Part shown: in pieces, positions 1 to 10,245 of the stretch
How the letters are laid out: each line of letters begins with the position of its first letter
How positions within the stretch are numbered: position 1 is the first letter of the stretch
NCBI GenBank assembly: GCA_013265495.1
Contig: MU058009.1
Span: 2,544,001 to 2,608,000, forward strand
Reading direction: 5' to 3'
Length of the DNA stretch: 64,000 bases
From: Vicugna vicugna
Lineage: Eukaryota
Made by a program: the position numbers and the translations under genes
Notes under the pieces: model-generated
The model's database searches: none
Told to the model about the DNA's origin: nothing
The model's input: only the letters and a program-made list of their open reading frames with translations

Positions 1-397
1 TTAGAAATACTCAATCGACAGCACAGCAGGATTCGATCAGCACCCTCTGAAGATACAGAACGACGTCCAGATTTCTTGCCTGCCTGACCTAGCTGCCGCC
101 TACCCCGCCTGCCAGGTTCTCCTTCATCTATCTTTCTCACACAGTGGAAATCCACCATGACTTAGTCTGATGAAGGAATCCTACCTCTGAAAAGAGTTTG
201 AAAATCAGAAATGCAGATTATGTCAAAGGGGTACACCGTTTCACAAGTTCCTATTTCAGAATCTCTAGCCAGGGGAGATCTTACCGCGGTGGAAAGATCT
301 CCCATGGCTGGGTACCGGTTATGCCGGAGAAGACGGAGGGACACGGGGAAATGACGGGTGACAAAGGGCCCCCGCAGCCGACCCGGTTACCTGTCCA

Positions 398-590
398 TAC
401 ACACGCACGCACGCGCGCAGACACGCACATGTACACGCACGCACATGTACACGTGCGCGCGCGCACAGCACGCACAGAAACACATGCACGCACATGTACA
501 CGTGCGCGCACGCACATGTATACGCGCGCACGCACATGTATACGCACGCACGCACACGCGGGCACACGCACGCACACGCATGCGCGCGCA
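398..590. repeat. Complex alternating purine-pyrimidine (CA/CG/TA) repeat
   Basis: acacgcacgcacgcgcgc...gcacatgtacacgtgcgcgc... units; source of the spurious HT/CV-rich ORFs. Confidence 0.9.
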
Positions 591-665
591 TCAGCTCGTC
601 GGCAATCCGGAAATGGCAGCGGCCCTTTAAAGACGGGGTTTGTGACCCCTCCCCGCTCGTCGTAC

Positions 666-783
666 CTGCTAAACACGTCCAGTTTCTCGTCGTGAGAGTT
701 GAGATGCTGCTGCAGCTGCTCCGAGCTGATAAAGCGGCGGTTACACTCGTAGCAGGGCCAGTTCTTCTCCTGCTCTCGAAGAA
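666..783 (-). CDS. PRDM10: PRDM10 exon 9 (118 nt), first C2H2 zinc finger
   Basis: Acceptor gatgcag|TTCTTCGA, donor AGCAG|gtacga; encodes (V)[38 protein letters not shown](R). Confidence 0.95.
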
Positions 784-1042
784 CTGCATCACAGGGGAGG
801 AACCATGAAGGCTGGTGACCAATGAAGCACCAATGAAGCTCCAAAGCCCGGTCTCCCCCACACTCATCTCACACAGCCCCGTGCTCACAAACACCCGAAG
901 TCCGCTGTTCGCATTGCTGCTTCGTTAAAAACTCAAAGGCTAGAGTTTGACAGACAGCAGTTTTTAGGATCCTCCTTTCTGATACATTCACATAAGACAT
1001 CAAGGGAACAAACACCCTTCTGTACCCTCTCTCCCACCCCCA

Positions 1043-1070
1043 ACACACACACACACACACACACACACAC
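1043..1070. repeat. (CA)n microsatellite
   Basis: Direct reading. Confidence 0.95.
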
Positions 1071-1363
1071 GAAAGAGAAAGTGCTACACTAAAACCTGTA
1101 TTCAAAGAACCTAGTGATTCAGATCTAAGTTTCATAATCAGAGGGTAGATTTTATCACAAATAACTCAAAAATTAATGCCCAGTATAATTACTTTCAGGA
1201 AATGTTCAGAAGTACCTATTCAGACTGATTATATGCAAACCCTATGACCAGCAGGTTCCACTCCCACGTGTACACCCAATATAAATGCGCACACAAATTC
1301 GCTAAAGACATGTAAGAATGTTCACAGTGGCACCCTCAAAATATCCCCAAACTGCGAACGACT

Positions 1364-2266
1364 TGTTGCATAATAAAGAATTTTAAGAGTGGATAAAGAT
1401 TCTACGTAGGTAGGGATGCTGTCATATTTTCAAAAAATGAAAAAAAAATTAGAGATTCTCTTGATGGTTATAGCTTTGGCAATTTGTAGGGCTGCTTATA
1501 AGAGCGACAATGGTTTCTCATTTGGCTTTTGATTCAATAAAGTTACCCATCAAGAGGAAAAAAAAAAGAATTTTGCTGACTTTCGTCCTAGCACGGGAGC
1601 GGGGAGCCTCCTCTAAATCTTTGGGATTTCCCAAGTGATAGGTGTGTCTTTTGTTACTCCTGGTGATCTGGTGATCAGTGACCACATCCAAGTTCATGCC
1701 AACGAGACAACTCAGGACGGGCTGGCTGTGCCAGAAAGATCACCTGTCTGATGACAGGGCTGGGGCTTTGCGCCAGGTGGTGTCTGCAGGGAGGGGAGCG
1801 GGGGTGGAGAGCAAACTCAGTCACCGGCCAGTGATCCAATCAACCACGCCTGTGTGAAGATAAGCTGGATAAAAGCTTCGGACACAGGAGCTCAGGGGAG
1901 CCTCCCTGGTTGGTAGGCACACATCAATGCTTCAGGGGTGTGACTCAGCCTGAGGGCAGGGGAGCTTCACATTTGGGGCCCTCTCAAACCTTGCCCTAAG
2001 TGATTTGCTGGTCCTAATACCTGTCCTTTATAAGATGGTCATAAGTGTGGAACTTCTCTGAGTTCTGTGAGTCATTCCAGTGAATTATCACACCGAAGGG
2101 GGTGGTGGGAACTCCCTAAATTATAGCTAGTTGGTCAGAAGTGCCGGGGGCACAGGACCAGCTTGAGGCTGGTGTCTGAAGTGGGGAGAATCTTGCAGGG
2201 GACTCTGCCCTTGGCCCATGAAATGCAACCTAACTCCAGGCAGTCAGTGTCAGAACTGCATTGTGC
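1364..2266 (+). mobile_element. Solo ERV LTR, MER21-like
   Basis: TG...CA ends; internal motifs ttctctgagttctgtgagtcattccagtgaattatca and ttggtcagaagtg...ggtgtctgaagtgggg resemble the MER21 group as recalled. Confidence 0.65.
1385..1567 (+). pseudogene. Short polyadenylated retro-insert of unknown source
   Basis: AATAAA 1536-1541, A10 at 1558-1567, TSD aaagaatttt at 1375-1384 and 1565-1574. Confidence 0.7.
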
Positions 2267-2993
2267 AACCCAAATTTCTACAGTAAAATAGATAAATGGA
2301 TTGTGGTACACTCATGCACTAGAACACCAAACGGCAATGAGAATGAACAAATTACAGTCACACACAACAGCATGGAAGAATCAAACGAACAAAAGATTCC
2401 CAGACACCAGAAGTGTATGTGTCATATAATTCCATTTGTACAGGGGTCAGTAACATGCATATCCTACCTGTGGTGTTGGAAGCCAGGAGATTAGTTATAC
2501 TTGGGGAGTGAGGAGCAGTCAGAGGAAGGTGTGGGGGACTCCTGGGGCTGCGGCCATGCTATGGATCTGGAGCTGGGTGGGCTACCCAGGTGTGCCCATG
2601 CTGTGAAGGTTCACTGGGCTGTTACTTGTGATGGGTGCACTTTTCTGTGCATAGATTGTACTTCTGTGACATTTACTTTGAAAACGAAGTCAATGTCTGC
2701 CCTGCCGTGTCCTCAGAGATGATTCAGTCTAGACAGGGATCATCCTCTGATCTAGGTCCTAATTTAGTATTTGGAGGTTTTCATTATATTAAATACTACT
2801 TTCCAGCTCTCCATGAGAGAAATGTAAATACGTCATTGTCATTTGACCCTAGAATTAGGCAGGGATGTGTAGGTCTGAAAAACCTACTGGAGTATCTTAA
2901 GTACACAGAGATAGACTAGAGACTGCATCAAGACGTAATACACACAATTTAGAACCAATACATAAAATACAAAGTATTAAAAAGTCGCAGCAC

Positions 2994-3066
2994 CTTTCCT
3001 CTCTTCCTCAGAAATGTCGTGAATTTTCTGGTTCACAAACTCAGCGTAGGACGCCGCGTACCACAC
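2994..3066 (-). CDS. PRDM10: PRDM10 exon 8 (73 nt), end of PR/SET domain
   Basis: Acceptor ttcttgcag|GTGTGGTAC, donor AAAG|gtgctg; encodes [24 protein letters not shown]. Too short for the ORF track. Confidence 0.93.
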
Positions 3067-3589
3067 CTGCAAGAACCAAGGACGGCATCAAGGACCAAGG
3101 ACATCACGGGACGTGCTTCACGGGCTGAAATTCTTTCTCCTGCTCACATAAAACAGTTCAGGCTTTTTCACAGCCCGCGATAAACAACAACAACAACAAA
3201 AAAAAAAAGCCGCCCTGTGAGCCCACCCGGTTAGCGCCTGCTGCAGATGGACGGTCGGTACAGTGCACTCGCCATGAAGCACTGCGTGTTTTTTTTTTTC
3301 CTTTTTAAAAAATGGTTTCTGTTATTAGGACAACTTCACAGGGGATAATAATATTAATAGTCTCTTAATCTAAACAAAACATAGCCTCTTCAGATTTTCT
3401 TCTCTATATTTAAACACAGGTTTTACACAGCTGTGATCATCAAGGCTCCCATGTGACACGTCACCGGACGGCTCTCACCGGGATCACCAACGACCACTGC
3501 CAGCGCTACCCTACCCTCCTGAGGCTCTGCCCTGTCCTGCCCCCTCCTCCCTGCCCTGGCTGCTTCTGCTCAGTCTCCTGGGCTGCCCC

Positions 3590-4480
3590 TCCTTCCTCAC
3601 CCTCACTTCTCAACAGTCCAAGTCCAGGGCCTTCTTATTTCTCCCTACGGTCGGCACATCCATTTGCAACCAGCTCTATGCTAATGACCCCCAAATCACC
3701 ATGCCATCCCAGACTCTACTGCCTGCCGGTTGCATCGTGTCCAGAACTGACTTCTCACCCACCCCCACCCACCTTCCCATCTCAGCACAGAGCCTCCCTC
3801 CCCCCCCACCCGGTGGCTCAGACTTGAAGTCTGAAAGGTATCTTTTCTTTCTCAGTTCTCTCCCGTGGCCCTCTAGGAAGAACTGAGGCCTACTCAGATG
3901 CACGCACCGAGATGCAGGCCAGGACAGCTCTGATCTGGCTTTCTAACGTGCCTCTCTCCCGACTCTTGCTCCCTCCATTCTGTTCCCCACATAGGACCCC
4001 AATGGTCTCCTTAAACCACAATCTGATTTCATCCCTCCCGTGCCTGACAGCCTGCGACAGCTTCTTGTTTGGTAATAAGCCTGACACGCTGGTCTCCCAA
4101 GGGCTGGTCTCCCAAGGGCTCCGTGATGTCCAAGGGCTCCCACTGCTCTCCCTGAACCACCTTCAGCGGGAGGGCTCGCCTTCAGTTCCTCAAACGTGCC
4201 AGGTTCTTTCCCACCCCAGCCTCTGCCCTGGCTGTTTCACTGCAAGAGTGTTGGGTCCTTCCCCCATCCTTCCCTGCTGCCAGCCCCCTCATGTCCCAGT
4301 TCTCAGCCCCACCGTCACCTCTTCAGCAAGGCCTCCCCTATTGTCCCAGCTAAACAGGTGCCTCTCCGGTTATCTGCTCCTTCACTTCAGAGCAGTGCAA
4401 GGCTGGTGTGATCACCCTGCAGGACCTCTCATTAATGTATCAAACATCAGGTGCTCAGAAACTTCCTACTGACTTAATTG
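3590..4480 (+). mobile_element. Degenerate L2 fragment
   Basis: ctctatgctaatgacccccaaatc...ccattctgttccccacatagga...gtcacctcttcagcaaggcctccc, typical L2 3' motifs. Confidence 0.55.
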
Positions 4481-6399
4481 AAAAACAATTAACTTCCAAG
4501 GACATATGTTTCAGTTGAGCAAAAAGACACATAATGGGTTCGGTCAAAGGGAAGGCACAGAATGAAAACCTGTAGAAAGGCTATCAGGGGTTGGAAAAAC
4601 AGCCCAGGGGCGATAGTGGGGCACTGACTTTAAAAACACTGTGTCATCATCAAGACCTTAATGGCAGAGATGACAGATTTACAGAAGCGTTAACATCCAT
4701 GACAAAGTAAAACAGGATTCAGTTAAAGAAAACAGTCAGGCTGCGTGCAAAGCAGTTACACCTTAACCAATTTATTTTGCCTATAATGTGCCTTTTTATG
4801 TATGCATAAGTGTAATGTGATTTCAAAATTATGTCTAAATAATTCCAAAACAGCTCCTGCAATAAATATAAAATAATTATTTCTGGTGATTAAAATAAGC
4901 ACTGGAACATAGCTTCACTGGCAGCATTTTCTTTCCTTAATGGTGTGTAAAATAATGGTGCATCTTAATGTTTGAGTCCGTAAAACGTGACAGCACAAAA
5001 TTCTAACACATCCAGCTCAATCTTTGCTTATAATTATTTCCTCAGACTAATTTCCAAGGATTGGGTTTCCGCAGTCAAGAACATTTTTGCTGCCTACTGT
5101 CGGAAATATTCTATAAAATGTTGCAATTCTGTAACAAATATCTCTATTTTTTAAACCCTCACATTCCTTGTACTGTATGTTTATTTTCGCTAATGTAAAT
5201 TAACAAAAAAACTAACTCACAGTTGTTTTAAGGGTTTTTAAATTATCAACATTTTTTTTAAATGTTAACATTTCTTTACTATTTGACTCCTCCTCCAAAT
5301 AAAGTCTATTCTCCGCATTTGGCTGTTCGTCCTTTGGATGTGGTGAGGTTAGAGACAGACAACCCTCTCTGTTTTTATACTCAAAACTTCTAATGTGTAT
5401 TACAAATATTTCCCCCATTCTGCTGCTTTCTTGTTTGGGTTGTTCACTATACTGAGATATTACATCCTTATTTAATTGTTTCTGTCTGTCTGGACCGCTA
5501 AAATTCTACCTCCTGCTTTAAAAGAGAAAGTATTCTCCCCTCCAGCTGGGAAGTGTTAAGAATCTGCTGGGATCCAGGTGTGAGAAGTGGATCTCCCACA
5601 TATCTTCTTTGGGGTTTATAGATTAACTACCAGGCGGTTACAAAGACACAGGTTTTGTACAACTTTTTAACAAAGTCCAGGTCTCTGTTCTCCTGTAAGA
5701 GGCACCCATTTCTCACTTTGCGACATTGCGACACGGTGCTAACAGTGTCCGTGGACCAAAGCAATCATTTCTCACATATTTTTCGTTTATATCTTTTACA
5801 TTTTGGCCCCTTCTTTTGACCATGTTCCTAACCAGGTTTAAAGAGGATGGGGAATATTCCCTTAGAATCATCGCAGAACTTCCATTATATCATCAAGAGT
5901 TAATACTCAAACTCCTACAGAGAGCTATCCTTGAAAAACATTCCTCAAGTCAGAAGTCAGTGCATAGAATTTTGGAGGTAAAATGAGTGTTCAGATAAAG
6001 AAAAGAAACTTACTCACACATCTGAATTCCATTTTACAGGCTCTCCTGGTTCCCAGCTAATTCCCCTCTAGACTGTAAAGATGGTACGTGACCCCACCTG
6101 TAACCACGCTATCCACACGCACGTCTGCTCCACAGAGCAAGGACTTCCTTACCGCTGGGCCTAATGCCTCAGGAAGCCTCTGACAGACCCAAGAGTCAAA
6201 TACTTCTCACCCTGTTTTATTTGTGGTATTATCAGAAGTGTACAGCACACAGCAGGTCCTCAACAAGCAAGTGAATTATAAGAAAAGGACCGTTTTTTTT
6301 AAGACTCCCACTTCAAGGAAAAAGTAAAAGTATGAAAAGCATGAAGCGATTGCTGCTCCTCACAGAGGCCCCGCCGGCCCCGCCGGCCCCGCACCGCAC

Positions 6400-6603
6400 C
6401 TTGAGCTCCTGCTTGGGCTCCACATTCTTGATGGTCGTGTAGTACACGTGGTGGCCGTACTGGTAGGCCACCAGGTTCTGCTCCAGGTGGTTCTGGGCCG
6501 GGCGCACAAACATCATCCAGTTGCACAGGGTCTCGTCGGACAGCTCGAACCACAGGTCCTCGTGCAAATCCCTGTCCTTTCTGTCCCCTTTATCAAGAGA
6601 AAC
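6400..6603 (-). CDS. PRDM10: PRDM10 exon 7 (204 nt), PR/SET domain core
   Basis: Acceptor gctgcag|GTTTCT, donor AAG|gtgcgg; encodes [68 protein letters not shown] (PR-domain NWMxFV motif). Confidence 0.96.
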
Positions 6604-7369
6604 CTGCAGCCAAAGGGGAAGTAAAAAGCCACACACACAAAAGCTTTAATACGATACACACTCACGAAATACCACACAGGACGTTGCTCCCTGAATCAGC
6701 CGTGTACGCTGCTTCTTCCCTTTGTGTCTAGAAAGATACTGGAACTGTGTCTTGCCAAATGTAAAAGGGAAAGGACACTTTCTGAAGACAAACTTGCAGG
6801 AGGATTACCCAGCAAAATCTGAAGGTTAATGCTGACCATAGCTTTGGTTGGTATTTGATCATCAACTAACACACCAAACAAAAAAAAAGCTACTAATAAG
6901 CCAGAAAATGCAAGCAACCTGCTCTCCAGTTCATTGCAAGTTGCTTCCCTTAGGGATTCAACTGCATTCATTTACAAGGCGCAGCCTGGTGGCAGGTCTT
7001 CCTCTTGACAGAGGAATTGTCGTTCCTGGCCATCTTGAGCACTCACCAAGGAAATCTCCCCACAACAGCTGCTGATTTCTTAAAAAACACCCCAGGTGTT
7101 CTCCCTTCCCACCCCGCTTCCTGGCTCTCCAGGAAGCAGACAGCAGAGGGGTTGGACAGAAGCAAAAGCTTCACACATAAGGAACGGGCATCAGTGTAAA
7201 TACCGCAAACTATTTTTTAACAAAAGATTCAGCAAGACAGACCTGTTTCAAAAATTGAAAAGAGCTTTTCCTGAAAACTTTGTGGGCACTCAACAGGTAA
7301 CATGAGTCTCTGCAATTCTCTTTATATTCCAAAATCAATTTGGGGGGGAAAAAAAGCCGTCAAAGCCCC

Positions 7370-7760
7370 TATTATGGGCTGAATTGTGTCCTCCAAAGTT
7401 CAAATGTTGAAGCCCTAAGCCCCCAGGAGCTCAGAATGTGACTGTTTTTGGAGGGAGGATTTTGAAGTGGGTGATCACATCATTAGAGTGGGTCCCAACC
7501 CCATCTGACCGGTGTCCTCACAGGAGAGATCAGGACACAGAGCGACACATCAGAAGCACCTTGCAGACAGGGCCAACCATGTGCCAAGGCAGCCAGGGGG
7601 CAGCCACCTGCAGGCCAAGGAGAGTGGCCCCAGAGGGGGCCAACCGTGCCTGCCCCTTGCGCTGGGACTTCCAGCCTCCAGGACTGAGAACCACGGTCTG
7701 CCTGCCAGTCTGTGGATTTGGTTAAGGCAGCCCCGCGGACGGCCCAGCCCCTAAGAACCA
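7370..7760 (+). mobile_element. MaLR LTR (MLT1-like)
   Basis: tatgggctgaattgtgtcctccaaagttcaaatgttgaagccctaa...ctcagaatgtgactgtttttggag...ggacttccagcctccaggactgaga. Confidence 0.85.
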
Positions 7761-7958
7761 CGCCTCCCAGAATCAGTCCCAGAATGCTCAGGGGTCTGGA
7801 ACTACAACCTCCGCGCTATCGAGAGACAGGAAACGTCTCCACTCAAAACAAGTCAAGCCTGGAAAGAAAAGCAGCAGCCAAGAACGCTACGCGGTGGGGA
7901 AGCGCGCGCCCCGCACGGACCACGGGAACGAGGGTGAATCGGGCGCAGCCCAGATTAC

Positions 7959-8200
7959 CTTGAGGTGGATGTAACAGTCCTTCAGCTCGGCCTCCCGGAC
8001 CAGCGGCCCCTCCACGGGGCCGAACTGGGTGCGCTTGGGGATGCGCCTCTTGGAGAACACGCCCCCCAGGAAGCGGTCGATGTAGAGCACCAGGGGCAGG
8101 CTGGCCCGCGCGCGCGTCAGCACCGGCCGGTTGGGGATCGGGTGCAGCGGGCCGTGCTTCGGGCACACGGAAGAGTGGGCGTTGTTGCACTCCTCGCACC
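7959..8200 (-). CDS. PRDM10: PRDM10 exon 6 (242 nt), zinc knuckle and start of PR/SET domain
   Basis: Acceptor tcgcgcag|GGTGCGAG, donor AAG|gtaatc; encodes (W)[17 protein letters not shown]...[19 protein letters not shown]...YIHLK. Confidence 0.96.
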
Positions 8201-9496
8201 CTGCGCGACAGAGACATCCTCAGCGGGGCGGCCTCGGGGAGCCCGAAGCGGAAAAATCCCCAGATCTGCGTTGTCAAGCCAAAATTCACTAACGCCTGTG
8301 ACAGCCCTGCCCGCTCAGTTGTAACACCTGACTCAGCAGAGACCCGGAAAATCCTGCGGTTTTCCTCTCAAGCCAGGCGGAACCAGCTCATGGCCTGTCA
8401 GAAATCATACGCAGGCCGTGGCTTATTTCTGCACTGGATATTCACTGGAAGAGTGGGCACCAAATTTACAAACCAAGCATAACATGTCAGAAAAGAAGAG
8501 CTTATTCGGCTAAATGTTGCAAACTCCGATGAGACGAAATAGGTGCATTTTATAGTACATAAATTATATCTCAGTAAAGCGGTTTTTAGGAAACCTGACA
8601 ACACTTCTAATCAGTTTCCTCGAAAGGAGCGTGGAAGCCGTGTTGCCTGGGCGTCTAAATCACACAGGAAAAGTGCCGTGGAGTTTGAGACTCCCGTGCA
8701 TTTTGGGTGAAGCCAGATAATGCTTCGTTCACTTGGATGGCACAGTCAGCCCAGCCCGGACACGTATCTGCAGCTCATCCTGGGAGTGGGCAGCCAGCCT
8801 CGCACCCCCACACAGCCCCTCTCTCCCCGTGTCACCCCTCTGTCAGCTGACCACCAGGACGAGATGTGTAAAGCTGCGAAACAAGAAGAGTGCCTGGCCC
8901 ACACAGAGATCACACTCGTGACCCTTAACAAAGCTAATGAACCAAACATGTTTTGCCCAACCCTAGCCACGTGATGACCCAGCTTAGGGAGAGGTATTTT
9001 CAGTTTCTACGGTTCTCTGATAATGGAGAGCTCCTTTTTATTAATACTTACAGGACAAAGTGACTTTATGTATGTTTGACTAAGGCAATGCCTTGAAAAT
9101 TTACGAATTCAAAGAAAAACAGAATGAGGAAGTTCTCTATGGGGCGTGGAGATGAACACCAGCCCCATACACACTGGCTCACCACCACCACACAGACGGT
9201 CCCGGGAGAAATATGGTGCGGCCACAAAGCTCGGCAGAGCCACAGTAACTCGAAAGAGGAGATAAGGACTTTGCCACATATGTGTGAAAACTGATGGCCA
9301 GCAGCAATGACTTGGCAGGTGGGAGCAGGACCCCACAAGCAGACAGTATGGACAGACAGGATGACCGTGGGCACCTAGAGCCAGACCACCTGAGTTTGAA
9401 TCCTGATCCGTACAACCGCCAAGCATGACCTCAGGAAAGCTGCTGGCTTCACAAGACCATAGAGAGCATTGCTCGAGTTAAAAAATGCAGAGCGCT

Positions 9497-9591
9497 GGGG
9501 TAGCTCAGTGGTTGAGCATATGCTTAGTATGCATGAGGTCCTGGGTTTGATCCCCAACACCTCCATTAAAAAAATAAACAAAGTGAAAAGA
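9497..9591 (+). mobile_element. tRNA-derived SINE (Vic-1-like)
   Basis: A box tagctcagtgg, B-box-like ggtttgatccc, A-rich tail; imperfect TSD aaaaatg(c/t)aga(g/a)cgct at 9481-9496 and 9592-9607. Confidence 0.9.
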
Positions 9592-10019
9592 AAAAATGTA
9601 GAACGCTAGTGCCCGGAGTTTCACAGGCTTCTTTTTATAACAGTTTTTAAAGGTTGTTACAAAGAGAGTTTGGTAGCAGAGGAACTTGTGAAAGCGGAAA
9701 CAGCTGGATCTCCTGGATGGGACAGAGTCATGGTTCAGTAGCTGGAGCTCTGGGATCAGAGGCTGAGGCACATGCCTGACCCCCCAGCCCCCACCCCTGG
9801 GCCACAGAGCAGGCTGCCCGGCTTCTTCCGGGCTTCAGCCTGCTCATCAGTGAAGTCACAACTCCAGCGCCAGGGTCAGTGCCTCCGTGACCCGCTACCT
9901 GAGGACGGGGGGGCGGAGATGCACGCCGAGGGGCAACGACTGCACACAGGGTGCCCCTGGCAAAGGTCAGCCCGCCTGCTTCCGGGCGCAGACTCTCACA
10001 GGGAGCAGCTCATACTTAC

Positions 10020-10245
10020 ACAGGTCATGCGGGTCGAAGGGCCGGGGGGGATCAGGTTCCCAGTCATCCAGGTCAGTGTCTTCACCGTCTTCCTCCTCAT
10101 CATCCTCAGAATCCTCATCCTCTTCCTCCTCTTCCTCCTCCTTGGCCTCCAGTCTTCCCATGGGGTTCTGCAGGGTTGCCAGAGGGTCTGAGCCATCCAC
10201 ACCCTCAATTGAAGGCAAGACCTGGTTGTGCACCGGCAATGAGGC
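10020..10245 (-). CDS. PRDM10: PRDM10 exon 5 (226 nt), acidic tract
   Basis: Acceptor ttgtccag|GCCTCA, donor CTGT|gtaagt; encodes [74 protein letters not shown]. Confidence 0.95.

Larger units (their letters stand above)
1228..2680 (+). mobile_element. Old L1M 3' fragment interrupted by an LTR (L1 parts ~1228-1362 and ~2267-2680)
   Basis: cctatgaccagcaggttccactcc...aagacatgtaagaatgttcacag resumes as caaatttctacagtaaaatagataaatggattgtggtacactc. Confidence 0.7.

Noticed and set aside
398..590. Possible CRISPR-like repeat array
   Set aside because: No constant repeat with unique spacers, no cas genes, and the context is mammalian.
198..894. Multiple overlapping 60-190 aa ORFs rich in HT/CV/RA
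   Set aside because: Stop-free RY repeat; only 666-783 on the minus strand is a real exon.
2985..2993. Intron 8 start GTGCTGCGA could encode VLR, like the spliced exon 8/9 junction GTTCTTCGA
   Set aside because: Only 9 nt, out of frame with exon 8; consistent with chance.
4088..4140. 15-bp tandem duplication and 186-aa ORF 3912-4472
   Set aside because: Slippage inside an L2 remnant; the ORF has no recognisable domain.
9497..9570. tRNA-like sequences at SINE heads
   Set aside because: They carry SINE tails and TSDs and recur about nine times in the window; not tRNA genes.
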